Assembly: GCF_964355755.1 (NCBI RefSeq) | Contig: NC_092675.1 | Coordinates: 30,848,912 to 30,912,911 of the forward strand | From: Antedon mediterranea | Lineage: Eukaryota > Animalia > Echinodermata | Length of the DNA: 64,000 nt | Direction: 5' to 3' | In this document: positions 13,768-28,400 of the stretch, piece by piece | Layout: each line of letters opens with the position of its first letter | How positions within the stretch are numbered: position 1 is the first letter of the stretch | The notes under the pieces: generated by a model | Told to the model about the DNA's origin: nothing | Seen by the model: the letters and a program-made list of their open reading frames with translations, nothing else | Database searches by the model: none | Program-made: the position numbers and the translations under genes

Positions 13768-16700
13768 AATTGAAATATATTTGCCGCTTTATATGTAATA
13801 AACTTAGGCTTTACCGTCGGGCTAAAGTCGTGACGATAGCCACCATTTTTGTTTTCGCATCGATTGTAAAAAACAAATATCGCCCTCTCTAGTAGTAGTA
13901 TTATCATGACACTTATTCCAATGGTAAGGGTGGGGGGGGGGGGGGGAGAGAGGTGGCGCCCTATAGAAAATTCATATAGACAGTCCATGAATGAAGTTAT
14001 AACTCATAAACTACCCCCATCCCCACAACACCTTTCAGAATGTATAGTTTTGTAGTATATAAGTATAACGGCCTTGTGAAAAACACCAATCTGGTGATTC
14101 AAGTGTTGCATCCGTTTTTAAATAAAGTTGTTAGTATATAACCACTCGCTACCCGCAGTGCTTAACCCACACAATACTGTATTATAGCATATTTCTATTT
14201 GTAAGACTTCTATATTTTATCAGAATATTTTGTGTTGTTGGCATATTTATTCTAGAGTAGAGGCCATTCATTTTGATTAAAACTACAGATACGACGCGCT
14301 CTATAATAAGGCCTTTGATTTACAATACATCATATTATCGATGGGACTGAAACTGCCTTGAATTAAGTATTAGTTCACACAGGCCACTATATCGATTTTT
14401 CATAAAGATTAGGAATTCTAAATTCTTATTCAATACACGTCGACAGGCCTAATTGACTGTTTTCATTAGCACGTTTTTGCTCACGTTAAGATGATGAACG
14501 TGTTACCTGAGATCGATTATGCCATTTTGAAGAGAATAATTATTTCCCACCAACAACAAATTAAATTGGCCATTTTTTGCAGTTGTTACTTCCACAGATA
14601 AAAAAATACGAAAAAACATTCACTGTTAATAAACGTTTACATTAACTTTTGAATTGAATTTGTAGAATTATTGCTTTGTATGGCCGTGTTTCCATTATTT
14701 TTTGGGCTGCGGAAACACTAGTAGCTCAGAGCTGGATATAGAACGGTAATAACTGAGTTTCTCTATATTTAAAGTACTCTTTTATCTCCCCCCACCTCTC
14801 CCGACGGTTAAAATACTCTGTCGGCAAACGAGGGCGTGGCAGCATTGATCGTAATAGTAGTACATTTTACAACTCCCTGCTTTAACTTTACCAGAGAAGA
14901 GTGGTGGACTGTTCTGGGAGGGATCACGACAGCTACCAATATATTGTAATAATTTAGCAAAGAAGTAAGGTAAAGTAAGACACTTTTGAACTACAACTTT
15001 TTATGCGTTTTATGCATATTATCGTATTTTAACTTTTAATTCCAATTTTTTAAACTTAAGTTTTTGTGCAATAATGTGTGTGAATTCTATATTAAATTTT
15101 TTTTTTTTATTTATATCTGTTTTTTATCGTACTATTATATATTTGCTAATTAAGAAGAATTTCTATTATTATTATGATAATGGCAAAAAAATAAAGCTTT
15201 TCAGTATGTCAGTAATTCTAATTCATTCAGTGACTTTAAATGTGGGCTAAAATAAATTTTATCAATTTATTATTATTATTTTTTAAATTATTTTATATTA
15301 TAAGAAACAAATTTAAAATTACACTAACTCGCCAGCGGCCAAAACCTCCTCTCTAAATACAATGTTTTGGATCCATCCTGCAAAACACTTTTTCCCATTG
15401 GGGTCCTTTTGCAACCGTTTACAGTATATATTAGGCCTACTATGTAAGTACATATTGCAGTAAACACAAAAAATACAATAGTAAATAGGCCTACATAGTA
15501 AACATAAAACCAGTTTTATAGTTTTTTTTACATTTTCTTAGTTAATTGCCTACCGTATATGTTTTATTTATTTATTGATTTGGTTAGAAAAAAAGAAAAT
15601 GTATAATAATTAATAGAAAGTTTTACATATTTTGATTTCATTATCATGCGGGTTATAAGAACTCAAATATTTCATTCAAATCATAAAATTAGTAATTCGC
15701 ATTTCGCATTCCGGTTGGCTGATATACTTTTAATATTCATTGCCTTCCTCATGAATATTCATAAAGAAGGGACCACCACAAGAAGTGGACACAGTCTCTT
15801 GTTTCCTCTTCTTAGGTGGTGTGTTGTTGTTGTTGAAAGGTAAGTACATAGGCCTAGGGCCTAGTGCATTACTGTAATATTATAAATAATTTTTCAATTA
15901 TGAACTTATTTTGTATTTGTTCATATACACTTGTATAACGTCATGTTAAGGTAGAGAGTGGATATTGAATAAGCTAGCTAACCGGCTCATGTTTTGGTAG
16001 GCTGCTGGTGTAATATCACTTTGTTGACATTCTTGCCTGGTGTGGGAACTGCAATGAGAGTGCATCTATTGACTATGGTGTCATGCATGCAGTACTACTA
16101 CTGTAGGCCTAGTATGGAGGGATACACCCTCTTTTCCCACCAGGGTTCGGTCAAAATTGTTGTTGTGTCTAAGTCTAAAAACAACATATATACTTGCTAA
16201 GCATTAATGATTTTCAAACTGTCGTTTTCTAAATATTTTTTTTATTACAAAAAATTACAAACAATTTCCGATAAAATTGTAATATTTAATACACTAACAA
16301 TTGTATTGCATTAAATGGTTTTCTTGAAGTTGATAATGTATTTAGTGGTTCATGTTGGTGTCATGGTGGTGTTTGTTTATTTAGTGGTTCATGTTGGTGT
16401 CATGGTGGTGTTTGTTTATTTAGTGGTTCATATGTTGGTGTCATGGTGGTGTTTGTTTATTTTAATAGTAGATATCAGTGTCGCGATGACCTATTAAATT
16501 CAACATTAATAACATCGTTAAAGTCGAGTCAAAATTGTAGGATACTGTGGATGCTGTAGAATCATTTATTAGTTTTTTTTTATCTGATACTTCTCAGAAT
16601 ACATTTATTTTTGTTATTTAGTATGCTCTATCTCTATGCATATTTATCTGAAAAAAGGATGAATGAATGAATAGTAAATATATTTGTTATTTGACCTAAT

Positions 16701-19469
16701 TAACTTTACCCACCATTGTATTATGGATAAATTTAAGTATAATTAATTTTTTTTCTTTCACAATCGGCTCTCGCACACCAAAAATGGGTGTATCACAGAA
16801 GCAAAATTGAAATATAAATTCACACGCAATGCATGCTTGTATTTATAGCAGGTCGATTAAATGATCAGATTCAATTGTTTTTCACATTAAAAAAAAACTT
16901 TGTGATATGCCCAATATAGTATTTATTTATACATAAAATGCAGTTTTTTACCTTAGAATTAGATAAAAAGAATGTATAATATCTTTTAAGTGAACTATTA
17001 GCCAAGTGATTCATCATGAGGTGGGGCCTATACTATATAGCCGAATTAAGTATTTACTTAGAAAATAATGTCAGACCTCTAAGCTTTATTTATATTGCGG
17101 TGGCCTTATAATACAGAAATGTTTTTTTGAGTTAATTATGATTTATGAATTAAACACTGAATGAAAAAAATTGTTTGTTAGTAACGATGACTTGCAGAAT
17201 TGGTTTACACAATGTTGACATTGGTATTGGATTTCAGAATGATTATATACAAGCTTTAGTTCCAAGGTTTGCACAATTCTGCCTATCATTGTGATTCTTT
17301 CATACAGTTTAATCAATCACTGACTTCAAGTGTACCTCAAAAGCTATTGTAACCTTGTCTAATCTACTGTGAAGCTTCTACAGTGTGTATGAATATTGCC
17401 ATAGGCATACTTAGGCATATAGTATTCGGTTTCTTAGGACAATTTTATTAAATTCACTCTGCACTATTAGTACTTTCTCTTAAGAAAAAATTGACTTTCA
17501 TTGGTGGATGAGGATTATTTGAGTGGCACTGCCCCTTTATTTTTTTATTCCAATATAATTATCCAAATCTGTATTATCTTAAGTTAATGCAAACAAATAT
17601 AATCTGTTATTTTAATCAAATCAGAGTTGTCACTAGATGTTACCATTATCTATCTAGGTGATTACTGTCACTAGATGTTACCATTATCTATCTAGGTGAT
17701 CACTAGATGTTACCATTATCTATCTAGGGGATTACTTATGAATACCGGTACTTTTAACGTTGGGAAATAAAATGTAGTGGATGGAAATAAAAAATAATGA
17801 TATCAATTAATGGTAGTCATAAATTTATTTTTAACTATCAAATATTATCTTATCAACTTTTATTACTAGTGCAGTATAGCAATGCTAGAGTTAAATGTTT
17901 AGTAATTATCATTTTGAAAATTAAAAAACCTTTTATTTAGACGATTGAGGTATGTGTCTTAATGAGGATGAATTAATGAGTGAGGTTGATATTAAAGGAT
18001 TTCCTAAAAAGCTTGATAGCTTTCCTGAAGAAAACAATAAAATGAATTCCAAATAACTGCGTCAGTTTAAGGTCAAGTACTACAGTACTTACAGACTACA
18101 TGATTAATTATATCAATTAATAATTGTTGTGGGCTGCTTCATATATTATTAAAAAGAAAACAATTTGCTGAATCATTTGTGAAAATAAAAACAGAATAAA
18201 AAAAAATCACCAAGCTGTCTCATCATTGTAAATGTATACATTATACTGATATCTGATTGGATAATTTATAATTTAAAATGCTTGAAAGTAAAGCCAGTGT
18301 TATGATCCCTTTTGTTAAGACTTGTTTCTGCTCCGTAACTGCAAATAATTGATTTTTTTTGGTAATAATAATCAATTACTGTAGACTGTTAAAAGAGACT
18401 ATTATTATATGCCTGGCTGCTCCCTATTGGTATAATGAACAACAACAACATTTTTATCACAAAGGGTTTTTTTTCATCACTAATTAGTTGTTGGTTCATT
18501 AGGTTATTAAGGTTTTTTTCTACATTAATACATTTTATGACAAACTGTATCGGTTTGTTTCAAATACAGTGACATCAGTATGTCTACAACTTGTTATTGA
18601 ATTCTTATAATTAAATAATTCTATGGATTTCCTAAAAATAAAAGTACACTGAAAATAATATGTAAATGGATAAAGTTACTCAATAACTATAAGAATATAT
18701 CAATACTGTTTTCAATTTCAAATAACTAATTATTAAACGAGTACTACCATTTCAACTAAATTTGTAAAAGATTTAAGACAAATCTGATGATGACATGATT
18801 TTATTGATGCAAATATTGTGTCTTGTGCATATTCTGACAAAGTCAAATAAAGTTTTGCTGGTTGCCTGTTAAAATATAAAACAAGTATACCTCTGTTAAT
18901 TTATTAATTAATTCTGTGCTTAGTATTAATATCAATGACTAGTTTATTTGTGTGTATTAATTTGCTATCATAGCTAGCATAATCCCTAGCATATTTTAGG
19001 TCTTTACTCTTTCCTATGGCCAATTGGATATATTGAATTCTTCTTCAAAATCTGAAGTGTGCTGGTACGATAGCATAGAGGAAAATGGTGAATCGCGATG
19101 ACATCACTAAACATTGGCAACAAAAGTAGTTCTCCATTGTTTTTGTGTGTGTTACTGTTAGTGTTACTATATGTAATATGATAATGCTTCATAAATTATC
19201 AGAGCAATGCTAGCTACAGGCCTACGCCCGAATATAAAAGCTTTAGTGTGATTTTTTTCCAATGTCTCTCATGTACTGATCTTTAGGGTACTGTATATAT
19301 GCTGAATTTGTTGGTAGGGGATGTGAGAGATACCCCATCAACTCTATTTTTAGGCCGGGGTTCTCATCAAAGTCAAAGTCAAGTTTATTAATCTCAACCT
19401 AACCAAGAATAAATCTGTAGAGTAACATATACAACACTAACATCTATTATTTTGTTTTTATTGCTAGAG

Positions 19470-22400
19470 ATGATTGTAACTATGAATAGGTTATTCAGTT
19501 TGTGTGTACTGGTGTCTCTTTGCCTCATAGTCCATTCACAAGAGGTAGAGTATGATTTGATTTATTTTGATACCATAGCTTAACACACACATATTAAATA
19601 AAAACATCAATCATTTGCATAGCACCATGGATAGCCCTTTCCATCCTGGGGAGTCTCCTCAAACATAAAAACAATTAACACCCCTGGCATAATTGATATT
19701 AAAAATATAAACTAAAACAAATTTAGATAAAAACATAAATAATTAAGTCATAAAAAAATGCACAAATAGTTTATAAACAATTTCTTTTTTCACGTGGCTA
19801 TGCACATATCAATTGGGGCATAGCCGTGGTGCGTCATGAAAACGAAGCATTGACGTTCAATCTGATTTGCCGGTGCAGGACTGAACTGTGCCGGTACAGG
19901 TGTGAAAGACCCTTTACAGAGGTGAACCGAATGTCTAATAAGTTTTAAAAGGAAAACATAATCATCCATTAGCACTGTTCTTATGGCAATTTATAAAATG
20001 TACTTTTTTAGGATCCTTGTGGTACAACTCATGGTTGTTTCAGAGACCCCCAAGGCTGTTTCCCTTCATCAGAATGCACATATTATGTGTCTTGGACTAA
20101 TAACACTGCTGATACATCACTTGTTGATTTTGAAGTGAGCGTTGCTGTTGGCTCTGGAGACATGTATGCTGCTATGGGACTTTCTCAGAATGATCAAATG
20201 GTATTTAATGTCACTTTGTAGATATAGATCTAATTTTGATCATGTTCTTGTCATAATTTCCAAGTAAAGAGACTCTGCTTTTCAGTCTTTTACTTGTTAA
20301 GATTGGTAATTTTAAGCAAAGCCCTTAAATACAATATTATTAGAAATAGCTTGACAAATAGAGGTTGATACTATACAGTAAGTGTAAAAAAAAAAGTAAG
20401 AAGAATTTATATAGTGCTATTGTGAAGTATAAATAATATTACTGTACTCATCTTGAGACGTGTTAAATCAAATGTTTTTCCTACGTTTCTAGCCAGAGAG
20501 TGACATCTATATGTGCAGATCAGATCAGACTATGGTTGGTTACTATCCCTCATCCAAAGGTATCACATCAGCTGATGAAAGGGAATTAGTAAGTGTTTGA
20601 ATGCTACAACTTAGAAGTAAATTTTAAGGAGAGTGATGCCAGCCGAATATAAAAGAAATATATTGAAATTAAAAACAATTGTTTATTGTGATTATTGTAA
20701 TATAATGTGTGGTGGTTTTACTCAACTGTATTAAAGACTCTACTCGCTTGATTTATTGAATATCACAGTTTATATCATATTCAATAATACATCGTTATAA
20801 TACTCATTACGATACAATTATAAAGAAGCAGGAACAAAGTATAAGTGATGCTGTAAGTGAGGTGTGGCTGTAGATGTGCTTCTGAGGAAGTGTCAGTAAG
20901 GTGATGTGTCTTTGAAGAAGTGAAGAAGTATATATAAGGTGTGTGCTCCAAGAAGTGTCTGTGACAGTGTGAGGTGTGTTTGGGCTATTCTCTGTTTTAC
21001 TTTATCTTTTTGATTTAGCTTTTCGCTTTTTTTTTTTTGTATCTCCATTGAGATCCAGCCACTGATACCCACAGCATTGTCATTATTTACTATACTATAG
21101 CCTTAATATATTGTTTTCAGAAAGGAATTTCTAACATGGTGGTTGACTCTATAGTAGACGGTGACCTTCACTGTACCTTCTCAAGAATGATTGATTTAAC
21201 TGAAACTGATCCAGAGTTCTTTAGTCTTAATGATGACCTGTACGTCTTGGTAGCCTTTGGTGCATTAACAGGAGGAAGTAAATATTCTACATTTTATTTA
21301 ATTTATTATTGGAATGAAATTAATTTATTGAGAAATATGGTACAATCCAGGAATTGAATTTGTAAACAATCAATGATTTACCAAATTGTGTAAATCAAAT
21401 GAATTTACTGAGATTGTTGACAGAATGTTATGACGTACCAAAGAAAGTAAATATTATGAAAGTATTTCTTCTATTATAGGAATCTGAACAGAACGGAATC
21501 ATTGAATCTCATCGTATAATTCATAAGATTATATTTTTAATTTCCTTTTTAATATTTCAGCCACCCCAGATTACCATACTGGAGCTGGAAGGTGGTTGAC
21601 TGCTGAGCCAGTTGATTTGTTAGATGTCGGTCTCAAGCCTTCGGATGAAGTACGCTTTTAGTTATATTTCATTTTTTTTATTATTATCCGTTATTATTTT
21701 CTATTTATGGACAAACAACATTTTGAGAAAGCAAGTTTCAATTTTAAGCAAAGCCCTCCAACACAATATTATTACAAAACTCAACAAATAAAATTATAGC
21801 ACCAATTTAAAAATAGAAATAATGCATTTTGCATCCACAAGAGAAGCTTCTCTGCCTTTTAAACGTTGTTGTACAGCCGACCTAATGTTTAAAAATTGCG
21901 TTAACCAATGGGAGCACTACACTTTCTTGCTTCATTTGCTGAATAAAACATAAATAGTTCATTCATAGAATTAAAAATTTAAAATCTACCTTTCTTTTTT
22001 TGAAGGATCCTTGTGATAAAACTCATGGTTGTTACAGAAACCCTGAGAATTGTTACCCTCCATCAGAATGCACATATTATGTGTCTTGGACTGGTAACAC
22101 TGCTGATGCATCACTTGTTGATTTTGAAGTGAGCGTTGATGTCGGCTCTGGAGACATGTATGCTGCTATGGGACTTTCTCAGAATGATCAAATGGTATTT
22201 AATGTCACTTTATAGATATAGATCTAATTTTGATCATGTTCTTGTCATATTGGTAATTGGTAATTTTAAGCAAAGCCCTTAAAATACAATATTATTAGAA
22301 ATAGCTTGACAAATAGATGTTGATACTATACAGTAAGTGTAAAAAAAAAGTAAGAAGAATTTATATACTGCTATTGTGAAGTATAAATAATATTACTGTA

Positions 22401-25400
22401 CTCATCTTGAGACGTGTTAAATCAAATGTTTTTCTTACGTTTCTAGCCGGAGAGTGACATCTATATGTGCAGATCAGATCAGACTATGGTTGGTTACTAT
22501 CCCTCATCCAAAAGCATCTCATCAGCTGATGAAAGGGAATTAGTAAGTGTTTGAATGCTTTGGGTTTTTAACAGTAATATCGAAAAACGCAATCTTGAAT
22601 GGTGAAAGCCACAACTTAGTAAATTTTAAGGAGAGAGATGCCAGCCATTTATGAATGAAATATATTGAAAGTAAAAACAATCGTTTATTGTGATTATAGT
22701 AATTAATTAGTCGAGCAGTATGTCTATATAATCTCTATGGTATCATGTGCAACACCAAGTCATCATTCAATTATCTATAAAGTCACCAACAACATAGCAT
22801 TGATTTTTAAGACGAACTATTGCCTTAATATTTTGTTTTCAGAAAGGAATATCTAACGAGGTGGTTGACCCTATAGTAGACGGTGACCTTCACTGTACCT
22901 TCTCAAGAATGATTGAATTAGATGAAGATGATCCAGAGTTCTTCAGTATGAATGATGACTTATATGTCTTGGTAGCCTTTGGTGAATTATCAGGAGGAAG
23001 TAAATATTATACATTTTTTTTCTATGCTCTATGTCGTGTTATTTTTCTGCTTAATGAATTATATTTTTATTAAGATTTTAACCAGCCTGTTAGTGACGAT
23101 GGTTCACTGTTGGTTTGGAGTGAAAAAAAAAGAAAGAATTTGATTTAATTCATTATCCAAATTTTGCCGCAACCTGTCTATTCAGTTTGTAGAAATCAAT
23201 GATTAATATTACTTTTTATTCTTGTGTGAAATCTAAACCGATATTATCAGGGTAGCTTGTTTAAATTAAATAAACTCTAAAGCTAGGGACATGAACGCCA
23301 CCGCTACTCTAATTGATTGTGAGATGATTGATCTCCCTATTGACACAACATGTTAACTAGGCCAAGTAGAAAGTAAATATTATCAAAGGATTTATATTAT
23401 TATAGGAATCTGATAAACAGAATCTAATCATCAATCTTAAGCTCTGTCCACACTATCAAAATAGTTTGACCAAAAAATGTGTGATATGCCTAAATATGGT
23501 AGGGATATGCTTAAATATGGTAGGGATATTACATCATCATATCCATTTTTTTGACACAGAGTTTGATAGTGTAGACAGAGCTTTACTAAAACTATGACTA
23601 CAGTTTGATAAAATACATATTCCCTACTACTATAAATTATTAAAGATGATTATTTAATTAATGATATATTGTATAATTATTACAGCTACCCCAGACTACC
23701 ATGGTGCTGGAAGGTTTTTGACCTCTGAACCAGTCGATTTGTTGGATACAAGTTCCGCACAAACCGATCTAAAGCTACCACGAGCTAAGAAAGCCCATGG
23801 TATGTTAACATTTAATACTAAGACCAGTAAGGGTAGCCATTAAAACAAACTTTTCTCTGTTTGTTTATTCCCTGCATTTTTGCTTTATTTTATCTATTTA
23901 ACCACTTATTAATAAAGTATCTTTTAGGCAAGATACTTTACTTACGTTTGCCTCTCTCCACCCAGGTGTATAAATGGGTACCCAGTTAGAACAAGACACA
24001 ACTTTGCGCTGATTACTAGCTGCATTGTGGGAGTATGTTTCCATGTTTGATCCAAAAAAATGAATGTTCAGCCTTAAGGGTTTCACAACATTAGGTGCTA
24101 TATAAATACAGGATATTATTATTTTTATTATATTATCTTATAAAATAATCTTATGCAATTTGGAAAATAAATTGAAATTGAATTAATATATGTGATGCTT
24201 AGTGGAAACATTTTATAATTCATTATTGTTTGACTTTGTTAATTATTAGCATGCTTGATGGTGATTGGCTGGATGGGTTTGGCCAGTACCGGTATTTTGT
24301 TTGCTCGATACATGAAACCGTTCATGTCCGACCAAACTCTTTGTGGAAACAAAGTTTGGTTCAATGTAAGTTAATCAGTATTAAGCTCAAAAGTTCAAAG
24401 GTCATTATTAGTGTTAACATCGTTCTCACACTACAAGTGTTTACTTGTTTAACGTACCATTAATAACTCTATGGAACCAGATGAATTAATTTAATAATTC
24501 AAATAAACAAATATCAATCAATCATGCGGACGCATCAAAGAAATATACTCACAATAATTAAAGACAATTGATAAATTGCCTTTTTTGCCATTGTATCAAT
24601 ATAGTGCATTTTAATAGTAAAATTAAAATAAAACAATAAACAAACATGTTTGTTGTTTATTTCTTAGAGTCACAGGATCAATATGATTTCGGCATTGGTG
24701 TGTTTTGTGTCGGCTTTTATTGTCATTTTTGCAGTTAAAAAGGAATTTGTTGACTCTGAAATTGTAAGTTAAAACATTTTTCTATTTTTTTTAAATCCAC
24801 AATTTGTTTTATAGTTTGTGGGCTCTGTGATTGTTTGTGTTTATAGGACTTTTTGTAAAAAAAAAAAATTATCTAATTGCCTATTTGCAACATTTGTTCT
24901 CTTATTATTTATATTTTATTCAATATATTATGTTCATCATGGTTGAATTTTTTTCAGAGAGAAATCTATGCTCATGGAATCATTGGTTGTATAGCTGTTG
25001 GATTGGGTGTAATCAACCCCATAATGGCCATATTCAGACCTCATCCTGGCACACCCAAGTAAGCAACAAATACTTTCATGTTATCTACACCAACTGAAGT
25101 TGGCTGCTACACAACAAACACAATATTATGATAAATAGCCCGACAAATAGATGTTGATACTATACTAGTTGAAGTTGGCTGCTACATAAAAAAAGGAATT
25201 GGGGCAAACCATTCCATCTTGAAAACAATTCTCTAAATTTATAACCAAGACAAATCAAGCATCCCATAGCTACTTATACTGCAGAATCCTGTTGCAATAA
25301 TGGATTTTGAAAATCCCAAAGCAATACTAGTAAAGAAATCCTGTAGCAATACTAGTGGAAAATCCTGTAGCAAAACTAGTGGAGAATCCTGTAGCAATAC

Positions 25401-28400
25401 TAATGGAAAATCCTGTAGCAATACTAATGGAAAATCCTGTAGCAATACTAGTGGAAAATCCTGTAGCAATACTAGTGGAAAATCCTGTAGCAATACTAGT
25501 GGAAAATCCTGTAGCAATACTAATGGAAAATCCTGTAGCAATACTAGTGGAAAATCCTGTAGCAAAACTAGTGGAGAATCCTGTAGTAATACTAATGGAA
25601 AATCCTGTAGCAATACTACTAGTGGAAAATCCTGTAGTAATACTAGTGGAAAATCCTGTAGTAATACTGGAAAATCCTGTAGCAATACTGGAAATCCTGT
25701 AGCAAAATTGGAAATTTCCAAAGCAATACTAGTTGAAATTCCCAAAGCAATACTAGTGGAAAATCCCAAAGCAATACTAGTGGAAAATCCCAAAGCAAAC
25801 TGGAAAATCCCAAAACAATTCTGGAAAATCCTGTATCTTTACTGGAGAGGACAATCCTGTATATTTTTAACACGCTTGTGTCTATGTTTTGTATGTCAAA
25901 TTAAACATTACATTGTTTATTACAGTCGTCCATTTTTCAACTATGCACACAGAACTGTTGGCATTCTCGGTTGGATGTCTGCAAGTAAGTTTATGATTAT
26001 TTGTATTAATTGTATAATTTATGTTATATTTGACATTATGATGCCACATTATTGACTGTAGCCATTTCAAGATTGTAAACACTGTTTATTGCACTAAACA
26101 GTCAAGCATATCAAACATCTGCACATTCACTCAATATATTTCTTCAAAGGCAAATAAATAAGCAAAAAGCTAAAGTAAACCCTATACCTAGACCTATATC
26201 CTATTGGTAGGCCTATATCCTATATTGGTAGACCTATATCCTATATTGGTAGGCCTATATCCTATATTGGTAGACCTATATCCTATATTGGTAGGCCTAT
26301 ATCCTATATTGGTAGGCCTATATCCTATATTGGTAGGCCTATATCCTATATTGGTAGACCTATATCCTATATTGGTAGACCTATATCCTATATTGGTAGG
26401 CCTATATCCTATATTGGTAGGCCTATATCCTATATTGGTAGACCTATATCCTATTGGTAGGCCTATATCCTATATTGGTAGACCTATATCCTATATTGGT
26501 AGGCCTATATCCTATATTGGTAGACCTATATCCTATATTGGTAGGCCTATATCCTATATTGGTAGGCCTATATCCTATATTGGTAGGCCTATATCCTATA
26601 TTGGTAGGCCTATATCCTATATTGGTAGACCTATATCCTATATTGGTAGGCCTATATCCTATATTGGTAGGCCTATATCCTATATTGGTAGGCCTATATC
26701 CTATAAAAAGTGGAAAAAAAAAAAAAAAGTGGAAGAATATAAATATCTAGGACAAACACTGAAAATGGAAGACACCACGAAGGAAGAAGTTCTGTTAAGA
26801 ATAAAAGCAGGATGGATGAATTTTGGCAGACACAAACACATGTTGACTGACAAAAGTATACCAATGTCACTGAGAAAGAAATTATTTAACCAATGTGTGC
26901 TATCAAGTATGACATATGGTTCAGAGACATGGGCAATAACAAAGGAACTTGAACAGAAACTTACAACTACTCAAAGAGCAATGGAAAGGAAGATGATGAA
27001 CTTATCGCTTCGAGACAGGGTAAATCATACAATCATAAGAAAAAAGACAGGTGTTACAGATATAATGGAGAAAGTAAGACAATCAAAATGGAGATGGGCT
27101 GGGCATGTGGCAAGATTTCAAGATAATAGATGGACATACAGATTAACAGAATGGCAACCAAGGGTAGGAAAAGAGGAAAAGAGGAAGACAAAAAAGAAGG
27201 TGGAGAGATGATCTAACAACATACATTGGAACGGCTGCATGGACTAGGACAGCAAGAATTAGACAGAAATGGAAATGTTATGAGGAGGGCTTCATTCAAC
27301 AATGGATGAACTAATGCCTAGATAGATAGATAGATATCCTATATTGTTAGACCTATATTGTGTTACATTATTGTTGTTTTTCAGTGATTGCAATCATCCT
27401 GGCGTCTGATTTCTACTTTACTGCTGAATCCATCACTGATGTGAATGCCTTTTGGACAATCACTGTATTTCTTATAATTGGTCTTGTCATTATTATTTTG
27501 TTTGAAGTGTTTGAATGCACTGTTGCACAACAAGGTAAGTTTATTAGTTCATCAGTTGAATATGTTAAATTATTGGAGATAATCCATCATTTCTAGTGCC
27601 TAATGAAAAGATTCAGTGTGGAAATAATATTCATTTTATTTATTTATTGCGGTATAAAAACAAACAAAAAGCAGCAGAAGCTGAAAAAATTGTATTTACA
27701 TGATATAAAAATAAATCTTCATCATTAACATGACTTTGTAATGTCATAACCACAGCTAGCAGATTCTGACCGCTCTGCATATGATAAGAAATTCAATCTT
27801 CATCATTACATGTGCAAGGCTGGAATCTCCAATATCAATAATAATCAATAAACTAATACTTATGTATGTATTACAAGATATAAAATGTTTGTAGTGTATT
27901 TCAATAATGCATTCATACTGTTTCACATATGTATTAAGCACTTTTCACCGGCCTTCCCTCTGTTGTAAGACATCCGGTCTGTATTGAGCACTTTTCACCG
28001 GCCTTCCATCTGCATTATCTCCAATTTACTTTTTCTTTCTTTTCTTGTGTAAAGCCCTTAGAAACATTTACATTAGGCACTATATTAATTAGACAACCAT
28101 TATCATTAATATTTTTAGTTATTAAACCATAACTATTTGAACTATGCATTCTTTAATTAATAATGAATGAATAAATCAAATTGTTATACTTGTTGGTATT
28201 ACAATTTGTGCCCCAAACTACAGTGCATACACACTACTGTAACATGACATAGATTGTACAAATGTATGTTGGTATTACAATTTGTGCCCCAAACTACAGT
28301 GCATACACACTACTGTAACATGACATAGATTGTACAAATCCCAAACTACAGTGCATACACTCTACTGTAACGTGACATAGATTGTGCCTCAAACTACAGT

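Noticed and set aside
25239-26055. Long repetitive ORFs (SCSNTSGK, LLQDFPLV, VENPVAIL repeats)
   Set aside because: Translations of a 24-bp minisatellite open on both strands inside an FRRS1 intron.
26204-27211. 335-aa ORF as a repeat-RT fusion protein
   Set aside because: Chance read-through from the 21-bp minisatellite into a truncated RTE fragment; non-ATG start and intronic position.
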